In this document: positions 8,091 through 15,378 of the stretch, piece by piece | How positions within the stretch are numbered: the first letter of the stretch is position 1 | How the letters are laid out: every line of letters starts with the position of its first letter | From: Pyrinomonadaceae bacterium | GTDB lineage: Bacteria > Acidobacteriota > Blastocatellia > Pyrinomonadales > Pyrinomonadaceae | DNA: 24,000 nt | Assembly (NCBI GenBank): GCA_041747435.1 | Contig: JBGTFE010000074.1 | Span: forward strand, 21,824 to 45,823 | Direction of reading: 5' to 3' | Position numbers and translations under genes: made by a program | The notes under the pieces: generated by a model | The model's input: only the letters and a program-made list of their open reading frames with translations | The model's database searches: none | What the model was told of the DNA's origin: nothing

Positions 8091-10613
8091 TTATTGAGGG
8101 CGCAAAGTCGCGAGCGGTTTTCGAAACAGTACGTCAAAGCTTGCGATCGCGCCAACCAAAGTTACGAGCGCAGCCGTAATTAAGACGCCGAAAACCGTCA
8201 ATCCAAAATCGAATTCCCAATCAATATCAAAAATATATTTCGCGACCGAATAGGAAAGCGCGGTCGCAAACCCGGCGCCGATCATTCCAGCTAAAATGCC
8301 GAGAAGTCCGTATTCGGCGAAAAGTATCGCGCCCAATGTCAGCCGTTTTGCGCCGAGGGTTTTCAGGATCGCGTTTTCATAAATTCGCTGCGATTTGGTC
8401 AGCGCGATCGAGCCGATCAGGATCAAAATTCCGCTCAAAATAACAAAACTTCCGACAAACGAAATAGCAAGAACAAAATTATTTATCAACTTTTGAACGG
8501 CGGCGACGATATCGGCGATGTCAAAGATCTGTATGTTCGGGAATTTATCAATGATGCCGCGCTGCAGCCTTTGCCGATCCGTTTCGGGAATTCTTGTAAG
8601 AACATTCGCCGCGTAAGTTTGCGGCGCTCGTTCGAGCACATCGGGACGAAAAACGAAAATAAAAGCGGTGCGCGTGTTTCGTAAGTCGAGCTTGCGAATA
8701 CTGGCAATTTGCGCGGTTAATTTTCTGCCCGAAATATCAAACGTTATTGAATCGCCGGCAGAAACTTTCAAGCGCGTCGCCATATCTTCTTCGACCGAAA
8801 CCTGCGGAACATCCAGGTTTTCGCTCCACCATTCGCCGGCGATGACGCTCTCGTTCTTATCAAGATTCGCGCGATATGTGACGGCAAATTCGCGCCCGAT
8901 CTGTCCTTGCTGTTGGCGTGTTTCGCGATTTCCAAAGTCAAACGGCTCGCCGTTTATAAACGCGATCCGCGCGCGAACGGTAGGGACGATCTCCGCCGCT
9001 TCGCCGGTTTTTTCTTCGAGAATTTTTCGAACTTCATCAACCTGGCTGCGCTGAATATCGACCATAAAAAGGCTCGGCAGCGTTTGATTGCGCGTGAAAT
9101 CAAACTCGCGAACGAGATTCGCCTGCAGCGACTGAACCGCCAAAACAACGAACGCGCCAAGCCCGACGGCGAGAAGAATTATCCGCGTTTGATTGCCCGG
9201 ACGATACAGCGAATTAACCGCTTGCTTGACGGAAAACGAGCTGAAAGTTTTGATCTTTTTCAGCAGCCACGTCAAAAGAATCGCCGCAAGATACAAGATC
9301 AAAGATGTCGCGCCAAGCCCGACGAGAAAAAACGCGCCGACTTTCAGCGAGCCAGCCTGCCATGCCGAAAGCGCGAGCAATCCGCCGACGGTTACGATAG
9401 TAAAAAGCGACTTTGTCCAATCGAGCCGCCGCATTTTCTCGCCGCCTGCATCGTGCAGCAAAAGGCGTGGTTTTATATTGCGCACCTGCAAAAGCGGCAG
9501 CGCGGAAAACAAAAGCGAGATCAAAACGCCAAGCAAAATGCCTTGCCAAACGGACGAAAACTGCACTGTGTATTGCATCGAAGCCGGAAGCGCATCGGCA
9601 AATCTATATTGCGCAAACCACAAGAAACATTGCGCCAAAAAAACGCCGAAAAAACTTCCCGCCAAGCCGAGCGTCAATATTTGCAAAAGATAAACCGTAA
9701 TGATTCGCGTCCCGCTGGCACCGAGACATTTTAAAACCGCGACCGATTTTCGCTTTTGCTCGACAAAAACTCTTGCCACATTCCAAACGCCGACGCCGCC
9801 GAGAACGAGAATCAGCAAGCCCGTCAAAGAAAGATAATTTTCCGTCCGCTCAAACTGCTCGCTCACGTTTTCCTGCGTTTCGCGATAAGACTGGACGCGC
9901 ACAATTGTGTCCTTTAGATTTTCGCGCAGATCTTTTACTAATTCAGTTGGATTATCCGACGTGCGGTAAAGAATTCTGCGCCGAATCCGGCTCGCATTGC
10001 GCGTTATCTCGGCTTCGTCAAAAGCTTTTTTCTCTATAAAAACTCGCGGACCGAGGCGAAAACCGCCGGTTCCGCCCGGTTCTTCATCAAAAGTCGCACG
10101 AACCTGGAATTCTGCTTCGCCGATACGGATCTTATCGCCGATCTTTATCTTTAGATCTTCCAACAACAACGGCGAAACGACCGCGCCTCGATTTTCAAGC
10201 AGTTTGAAATCGAAAGGCGCGCCGCCGGAAATCGTAAATTCGCCGACAAGCGGAAAAGGCGGCTCGATGCCCTTTAGCTCGGAGAACGAAAGCGTTTGAT
10301 TTGCTTCATCGACCGGACGCGCCATTGCCGCCGTCGTGATCGTTTCGTTTCGCGCTTCAACGATATTTGACCTGTTTATTGCTTCTTCGATCTTTGCGAT
10401 CTCGCTTGGTGAAAAATCGTTGGTCGAGCTTATTTCGATATCCGCCGTCATAAGCGCGCGCGCGTCACCGCCGACAGTTCTGCTCAAATTTTGAATTAGC
10501 GAGCGAAGTGCGACGATCGACCCGACGCCGATCGCAATGCACAGAAAGAAAAACAAGAGCCTGCGCCACGACGAGCGAATTTCACGAAATGTCAGGTTGA
10601 AAATAAAATTCAT
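8091..10613 (-). CDS. ybbP: ABC transporter permease with two FtsX-type domains (YbbP-like)
   Basis: 840 aa. Two blocks of four TM segments are each preceded by a large extracytoplasmic domain (MacB/FtsX layout). It lies directly downstream of the ATPase gene. Confidence 0.8.
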   Translation of the reverse strand: MNFIFNLTFREIRSSWRRLLFFFLCIAIGVGSIVALRSLIQNLSRTVGGDARALMTADIEISSTNDFSPSEIAKIEEAINRSNIVEARNETITTAAMARPVDEANQTLSFSELKGIEPPFPLVGEFTISGGAPFDFKLLENRGAVVSPLLLEDLKIKIGDKIRIGEAEFQVRATFDEEPGGTGGFRLGPRVFIEKKAFDEAEITRNASRIRRRILYRTSDNPTELVKDLRENLKDTIVRVQSYRETQENVSEQFERTENYLSLTGLLILVLGGVGVWNVARVFVEQKRKSVAVLKCLGASGTRIITVYLLQILTLGLAGSFFGVFLAQCFLWFAQYRFADALPASMQYTVQFSSVWQGILLGVLISLLFSALPLLQVRNIKPRLLLHDAGGEKMRRLDWTKSLFTIVTVGGLLALSAWQAGSLKVGAFFLVGLGATSLILYLAAILLTWLLKKIKTFSSFSVKQAVNSLYRPGNQTRIILLAVGLGAFVVLAVQSLQANLVREFDFTRNQTLPSLFMVDIQRSQVDEVRKILEEKTGEAAEIVPTVRARIAFINGEPFDFGNRETRQQQGQIGREFAVTYRANLDKNESVIAGEWWSENLDVPQVSVEEDMATRLKVSAGDSITFDISGRKLTAQIASIRKLDLRNTRTAFIFVFRPDVLERAPQTYAANVLTRIPETDRQRLQRGIIDKFPNIQIFDIADIVAAVQKLINNFVLAISFVGSFVILSGILILIGSIALTKSQRIYENAILKTLGAKRLTLGAILFAEYGLLGILAGMIGAGFATALSYSVAKYIFDIDWEFDFGLTVFGVLITAALVTLVGAIASFDVLFRKPLATLRPQ

Positions 10614-10620
10614 AAAACAT

Positions 10621-10698
10621 TTAGCCGCAAGAATTCACAAAAAATCGCAAAAAATAAAATACATAATTTTTGAGTATTTTGTGCATCTTTGCGGCTAA
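10621..10698. repeat. Imperfect 22-nt inverted repeat spanning the ybbA stop and the ybbP start region
   Basis: ttagccgcaagaattcacaaaa (10621-10642) pairs with ttttgtgcatctttgcggctaa (10677-10698). The outer 10 bp are perfect. The loop holds A-tracts in 10-nt phase (cacaaaaaat cgcaaaaaat). The ybbA stop codon (10695-10697) lies inside the right arm. Confidence 0.75.
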
Positions 10699-11366
10699 TT
10701 TCTTTCATCGGACACGACTTTTCCGTCCTTCAAAATGATCTGCCGCTGCGCTTGTCCGGCGAGTGTCGCGTCGTGCGAAACAAGGATCAAAGTCACGTTA
10801 TTCTGAAGATGGAGTTCGGTCATCAAATCGAAAATATGCTGCCCGTTTTTTGAATCGAGATTGCCGGTTGGTTCGTCGGCGAGCAAAATTTTCGGATGAT
10901 TCGCAAACGCGCGGGCGATGGCGACGCGCTGCTGCTCGCCGCCTGAAAGCTCGGTCGGATAATGATGCCCGCGGTTTGTCAGATCGACGTCGATCATCAA
11001 TTTGTCGGCGCGCGTTTTTACGTCTTCAAGCCCGAGAATTTCCATCGGGATCAAAACATTTTCATACGCGGTGAGCGAAGGAATCAGATGAAACGACTGA
11101 AAAACAAAACCAATCTTTTCGCTGCGGATCGCGGCGAGCGCGTCTTCGCTCATTTTGGTAATATCTTCGCCGTCGATCGAAATTGTGCCCGAAGTCGGCG
11201 CGTCCAAGCCGGCGATCAAACCGAGCAGCGTAGATTTTCCGCTGCCCGAAGCGCCCGTTACCGCGACAAATTCCCCGTCGGGAATTTCCAGTGAAACGTC
11301 GTCGAGGATCGTCAAATCTTCCGCGCCGGAGCGCACTGTTTTGGTTACGTTTTGAAGAACAATCAT
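10695..11366 (-). CDS. ybbA: ABC transporter ATP-binding protein (YbbA/LolD-like)
   Basis: 223 aa. Walker A GASGSGKST, signature LSGGEQQRVAIARA, Walker B ILLADEPTGNLD. Confidence 0.9.
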   Translation of the reverse strand: MIVLQNVTKTVRSGAEDLTILDDVSLEIPDGEFVAVTGASGSGKSTLLGLIAGLDAPTSGTISIDGEDITKMSEDALAAIRSEKIGFVFQSFHLIPSLTAYENVLIPMEILGLEDVKTRADKLMIDVDLTNRGHHYPTELSGGEQQRVAIARAFANHPKILLADEPTGNLDSKNGQHIFDLMTELHLQNNVTLILVSHDATLAGQAQRQIILKDGKVVSDERN

Positions 11367-11370
11367 ATTT

Positions 11371-11405
11371 CGTTAATAGTAAATCGTGAATCTCGAATCG
11401 TAAAA
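11371..11405. repeat. Five tandem heptamers, CGTNAAT on the + strand (ATTNACG on the ybbA sense strand)
   Basis: cgttaat agtaaat cgtgaat ctcgaat cgtaaaa, starting 4 nt from the ybbA start. The array contains TTTACG-17-TACTAT-9-ATG on the minus strand (rc of 11399-11404 and 11376-11381). Confidence 0.85.
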
Positions 11406-11434
11406 TAGTCTGCGCTATACTTGAAAAGTTTTCT

Positions 11435-11469
11435 ATTCACGATTTACGATTCACGATTGACGAATAAAC
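11435..11469. repeat. Five tandem heptamers ATTNACG, an inverted partner of 11371-11405
   Basis: attcacg atttacg attcacg attgacg aataaac. The arrays are separated by a 29-nt spacer. The array includes TTGACG at 11457-11462. Confidence 0.85.
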
Positions 11470-11512
11470 TGCATCTTATTAACGCATCTTTGCGTAAGAA
11501 AGTTTGCCTGAT

Positions 11513-12187
11513 ATGAAAAAGCTTTTTTTCCTGAGCCTGGTTTTTGTTTTCACCGCCTGCGGCGCTTCTACAGTTGAACAGCGCACCGATCAAAATTTAA
11601 ACAAACCGCTGATCACCCCAAAGATAAAGACTGATAAACCGAAGATCGTTGCTTTTGGCGACAGTCTTACCGCTGGTTTCGGTTTGGCGGAAAAAGAATC
11701 TTACCCGTATCTTTTGCAGCAAAAATTAACATCGGACGGATTTGATTATGAAGTTTTGAATGCCGGCGTTTCAGGCGAAACATCGCTCGGCGGATTGGAA
11801 CGCGTCGATTGGGTTTTGGAAATGGAAAACGTCGAGATCTTGATTTTGGAGCTCGGCGCAAACGATCTTCTACGGGGTTTGCCGGTCGCAAAAATGAAGG
11901 AAAATCTCGCCCGGATAATAGAAAAAGCAAAAGCGAAAAAGGTAAAAGTTTTGCTTTGCGGAATGCTCGCGCCGCCATCGGTCGGAGCGCAATACGAGCG
12001 CGAATACACAAACGCCTTTCCCGATCTCGCCAGCGAACACAAAGTCGCTTTTTTGGCTTTTCTGCTCGAAAACGTCGCGCTCAACAAAGACCTCAACCAA
12101 GCCGACGGCATTCATCCGAACGCAAAAGGCGCCGTCGTAATGACCGAAAATATTTACAAAGCTCTGCAGCCGATGCTGAAGAAATAA
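11513..12187 (+). CDS. tesA: SGNH/GDSL arylesterase / thioesterase I / lysophospholipase L1-like, exported
   Basis: MKKLFFLSLVFVFTACG is a signal peptide with a possible lipobox. Block I is FGDSLTAG, block III is GANDLL, block V is DGIHPN. The gene is divergent from ybbA-ybbP, as in E. coli. The track start at TTG 11504 is less likely than ATG 11513. Confidence 0.85.
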   Translation: MKKLFFLSLVFVFTACGASTVEQRTDQNLNKPLITPKIKTDKPKIVAFGDSLTAGFGLAEKESYPYLLQQKLTSDGFDYEVLNAGVSGETSLGGLERVDWVLEMENVEILILELGANDLLRGLPVAKMKENLARIIEKAKAKKVKVLLCGMLAPPSVGAQYEREYTNAFPDLASEHKVAFLAFLLENVALNKDLNQADGIHPNAKGAVVMTENIYKALQPMLKK

Positions 12188-12228
12188 TGTAGTGACGCGC
12201 CCGATCAGCGAAGCGAAAAAGATTCAAC

Positions 12229-12300
12229 CACGAATTAACACGAAACAACACGAAAATGGATTTTTCTTGTTTGGTGTTTTTTCGTGTCATTTGGTGTTTA
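12229..12300. repeat. Inverted arrays with 10-nt phasing (3x CACGAA facing 3x TTSGTG)
   Basis: CACGAA at 12229, 12239 and 12249. TTGGTG, TTCGTG and TTGGTG at 12271, 12281 and 12291. The arms aacacgaaacaacacgaaaa and rc aacaccaaatgacacgaaaa match at about 16/20. Confidence 0.7.
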
Positions 12301-12322
12301 TTTTTATTCCGGTTTATTTGAA

Positions 12323-12410
12323 GTCTGCGTAGCAGACGAAAGCAAATAGCCCGCTTGAAACGTGGGGTAAGATTCGGATTCGAATCGCAAGCCCGCTTTA
12401 GCGCGCCGAC
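12323..12410. repeat. Second cluster of mini-hairpins related to 893-1088
   Basis: gtctgc-gta-gcagac 12323-12337; gattcg-gatt-cgaatc 12371-12386. Degenerate pieces agcccgc / acgtgggg / gcccgc-ttta-gcgcgc share strings with the first cluster. Confidence 0.6.
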
Positions 12411-12430
12411 GGAAATTGTTTCAAGATCAT

Positions 12431-12563
12431 GTCAGAACCGGGAGCGGTAGCGACCGGTTGAAGTCTAGCATTTTGGTCGCTTGAATTTTTTGAATTGCCT
12501 TCGGCTAAACCAGCGTTTCGAGCCGGCTGTATTAAACCCGTCGCTACCGCTCCCGGTTCTGAC
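12431..12563. repeat. 133-bp element bounded by perfect 24-bp inverted repeats
   Basis: gtcagaaccgggagcggtagcgac (12431-12454) is the exact reverse complement of gtcgctaccgctcccggttctgac (12540-12563). The interior is 85 nt. No flanking direct repeat is seen. Confidence 0.85.
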
Positions 12564-12636
12564 CCGCAATTCGTAATTTTTCGTTGTTGTTCGTCGCGAA
12601 TTCGATTAAAATTTGCGTGGCGGCGCGTGATCATAA

Positions 12637-13308
12637 ATGGATGAAGAAAAAAAATTGCTTATTTCAGTTGGATTAATTCTTTTCGGTTGGTTTCTGGGGC
12701 AAGGTACGGAACTTTTCCGAAAATGGTCAATGAATCGCCGGCTGAAAGTCGCGTTATATGAAGAACTTCAAGATTTAGCCAGTATTCTCAATGCATTGCG
12801 AATCTACTTCCTTCACCGTCTTGAAGGGCATTCGGTCGGTTTCTTAGAGACCAGCGAACCTTTACCACTCAATAATCAAATTTATACGAACAAATACACT
12901 GATATTAGCTTAAAATTAAATCGCAACCAGAGATTATCTTATGAAACAATTCATGGTTTCATCAATGCCTTTAATAAACGCTTGGATCCAATAGCGCACT
13001 TAACAATACGTGCGATTGAAACTCACGACTCAGAAATTTTTGACAAGCTGGGTGATATGCTCAAAGCTCAATACTTAAATATCGAGATGTTACGTTCGCG
13101 AATTGGCTATCATTTGAGAAATCCTAGGAGACCGGCATTTGGAACTAATGACGAAGGAGTCTCGGAAATTCTAAAAGCCCAAAAAATCTGCATTGAGCAA
13201 ATTGAATCCCTAATAGAAAAATGGCAATCGGGTACGTTGGAAGACTATTTAGCCCAAAAAGAATTTCGGTATCAAATTCTTACGATGCCTTCCTCCGAAG
13301 ATAAATGA
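12637..13308 (+). CDS. Hypothetical protein with one N-terminal TM helix and a helical body; AT-rich
   Basis: 223 aa. LLISVGLILFGWFLGQG is a TM segment. Spot GC is 17/60 at 12901-12960. I recognise no motif. Confidence 0.55.
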   Translation: MDEEKKLLISVGLILFGWFLGQGTELFRKWSMNRRLKVALYEELQDLASILNALRIYFLHRLEGHSVGFLETSEPLPLNNQIYTNKYTDISLKLNRNQRLSYETIHGFINAFNKRLDPIAHLTIRAIETHDSEIFDKLGDMLKAQYLNIEMLRSRIGYHLRNPRRPAFGTNDEGVSEILKAQKICIEQIESLIEKWQSGTLEDYLAQKEFRYQILTMPSSEDK

Positions 13309-13406
13309 ATTGTCAACTGACGTAAATCTTGGACAAAATCCCCAATTTTTGTTAGGCTTTACCTTGCTTTTTCGGCATCCAATACAAAATTTTTATTTAA
13401 TAAGAG

Positions 13407-13412
13407 TATAAT
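13407..13412 (+). promoter_or_regulatory. Consensus -10 hexamer TATAAT, 8 nt upstream of ATG 13421 (possible leaderless start)
   Basis: TATAAT is seen directly. There is no Shine-Dalgarno sequence between it and the ATG, and the upstream region is AT-rich. Confidence 0.35.
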
Positions 13413-13420
13413 AAAACAAT

Positions 13421-15376
13421 ATGTTTAGTGATAATTTCAGACGCGGCGAAGGGAAAGGTAAGGGAAAAACCGGCTCGAAAGCCGCTTCGAAACTTGCCGA
13501 TTTGGGTTGGAAAGCCTTTCAAGCCGTTAATAAATCTTTGCCCGAAGGCGAATCAATTACGCCGAATTGGGCGGCGGAACCGCTTTTGAAATCGTATGAG
13601 CGCACCGCGCCGCCGCTCGGTTTTCCGCGTGAGACGGATTCGCTTTGCCCGACGTGCGTGAAGAATGTGCGGAACGGTGTGATTGACAAATCTATTCCGC
13701 TCGAAATTTTGATGAATTCGCATCCGGGCGAGATCAAGGCGCAGATCGTCGAAGAAAACGGACAAGTTTTGATGAAGAAAACTTGCGCGACGCACGGCGA
13801 ATTTGTGGACGTTTTGGCGACCGATCCGGCATTTTTGGAACGCATCGAGAGTTTATTTTACGGGCGCGATTTTAAAGCGGCGGAAGACACGCACGTTCAT
13901 CATCACGGAACTTCGGACATCAAATTCGGACGCGGCGCGGTTTTGACGGTTGATTTGACAAACCGCTGCAATATGATGTGCAACCCGTGTTTTATGGACG
14001 CGAATCAGGTCGGCTATGTCCACGAACCGACGTTTGAAGACACGAAACAAATTCTTGACAACGCCGTTTCATTCAAACCGCGCCGACAGATCATCATTCT
14101 TTTTTCGGGCGGCGAACCGACGATTGCGCCGCACTTTTTGGAGTCGGTCGCGTATGCGAAAAAGGTCGGCTTTTACAGAATTTTAGCGGCGACGAATGGC
14201 ATTCGCTACGCCGAAGACATCGAGTTTTGCAAAGCCGCTAAAGAAGCCGGACAACACGGCGTTTATTTGCAATTCGACGGAACGAGCGAAGAAAAAAACA
14301 AACATCGTGGCGTGGGAAATCTCTTTGACGTGAAACTCAAAGCGATTGAAAATCTCGCGTCGGTCGGCATCAAAGTTACGCTTGTAACGACGATTGTTAA
14401 TACGATCAATAACGATGCCATCGGCGACATCGTCAGATTTGCGGCGGAAAATATTGATAAAGTTCAGACGATTGCTTTTCAGCCGGTTTCATTTACCGGA
14501 CGCGATGAAGATATTTCCGACAAAGACCGCATCGAGCAACGCTACACGCTGGCGGGAATGACGCACGATTTGAAAGATCAACTCGACGGCAACCTCGCGC
14601 TCGAACCACTTCGTGATTGGTTTCCGCTTTCTTCATATTCGGCGTTCACTTCCGTGATGGATATGCTGCAAGGCGCGGACGCGCCGTGGGGCTGGTCGTC
14701 GTGCAACTGTCATCCGAATTGCGGAATTTTTACGCTCGTCGTCGTTAATAAAAAGACGAACGAAATGCGTTCGCTGTTTGAGTTTTTCAATTATGAACAA
14801 TTTATGCAGGACGTGGCGACGATCACCGACACGGCTCGCGGCAAGAAATTGACGATGGCTCAACTCGGAATGGCGATTATGCGAAATTACAACGCATCGA
14901 ACGCGCCGGAAGGTTTTCCGATCTCGCAAATTTTGAATCTTTTCAAACCGTCGTCCGCCGATTCAAATTCAGACCGCAATGACCGGATGAAAACGCGCGA
15001 AGAAGAAGACGTTTGGCGCGTTCTCTGTGTCGAGGGAATGTGGTTTCAGGATTTGTTCACATACGATTTTCGCCGCACGGAAATGTGTGTTATCCCTTAT
15101 GGAACACAGGACGGCGAAATTTCATTCTGCGCTTACAACACCGGAGTCGGCTGGCGGCAAATCGTCGAAGAAATGAACAAAACCGCGTCTTTGAGTGAAT
15201 GGTATAAAGAAAACGGTCGCCACGCCGTCTATGCGAAAGGCAAGGAAGTTCCGAATATCGAAAAAACGCGCAGTTTGAGTCTTCCGATAATTGCAAAAGT
15301 CTTGCAGGAAGATTTGGACAAACCGACCGCAACGCCTTATCTTGTTGAAGAAGAATCCGAAACGGTCTCAATATAG
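13421..15376 (+). CDS. Radical SAM protein, COG1964/MJ0619-like (tetraether lipid synthase Tes / GDGT-MAS family homologue)
   Basis: 651 aa. Radical SAM motif C183-x3-C187-x2-C190 (CNMMCNPC). Upstream knuckle: SLC76PTC79 ... IKAQIVEENGQVLMKKTC122ATH125GEF. Later Cys clusters: SSCNCHPNCG and MCVIPYG...ISFCAYN. The radical SAM call is firm; the family assignment is from memory of the MJ0619-type layout. Confidence 0.75.
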   Translation: MFSDNFRRGEGKGKGKTGSKAASKLADLGWKAFQAVNKSLPEGESITPNWAAEPLLKSYERTAPPLGFPRETDSLCPTCVKNVRNGVIDKSIPLEILMNSHPGEIKAQIVEENGQVLMKKTCATHGEFVDVLATDPAFLERIESLFYGRDFKAAEDTHVHHHGTSDIKFGRGAVLTVDLTNRCNMMCNPCFMDANQVGYVHEPTFEDTKQILDNAVSFKPRRQIIILFSGGEPTIAPHFLESVAYAKKVGFYRILAATNGIRYAEDIEFCKAAKEAGQHGVYLQFDGTSEEKNKHRGVGNLFDVKLKAIENLASVGIKVTLVTTIVNTINNDAIGDIVRFAAENIDKVQTIAFQPVSFTGRDEDISDKDRIEQRYTLAGMTHDLKDQLDGNLALEPLRDWFPLSSYSAFTSVMDMLQGADAPWGWSSCNCHPNCGIFTLVVVNKKTNEMRSLFEFFNYEQFMQDVATITDTARGKKLTMAQLGMAIMRNYNASNAPEGFPISQILNLFKPSSADSNSDRNDRMKTREEEDVWRVLCVEGMWFQDLFTYDFRRTEMCVIPYGTQDGEISFCAYNTGVGWRQIVEEMNKTASLSEWYKENGRHAVYAKGKEVPNIEKTRSLSLPIIAKVLQEDLDKPTATPYLVEEESETVSI

Positions 15377-15378
15377 AA

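Noticed and set aside
8486-10299. Long antisense ORFs within ybbP (for example 8907-9734 at 275 aa, and 9193-9693 at 166 aa)
   Set aside because: They have highly basic, low-complexity K/R/Q-rich translations and no Shine-Dalgarno sequence. They lie fully inside a well-supported 840-aa permease gene.
12208-12214. GCGAAGC mini-hairpin heptamer just after the tesA stop as a functional element
   Set aside because: A 7-mer is expected by chance a few times in 48 kb of two-strand sequence. It has no extended stem here.
12431-12563. Calling the 24-bp inverted-repeat element a MITE or mobile element
   Set aside because: The flanks (…gatcat / ccgcaa…) show no target-site duplication, there is no transposase in the window, and copy number is unknowable from here. 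I kept it as a repeat.
12093-12634. ORFs 12093-12290 (65 aa) and 12398-12634 (78 aa) in the repeat field
   Set aside because: Each is simply the read-through of a repeat: the 10-nt-phased arrays and the 24-bp inverted-repeat element. The peptide symmetry (..EPGAVATG...PVATAPGSD..) mirrors the inverted repeat.
13325-13350. ttgtcaa...ttggacaa inverted repeat after gene 12637-13308 as a terminator
   Set aside because: Only 6/7 bases pair, the loop is 12 nt, and no T-run follows.
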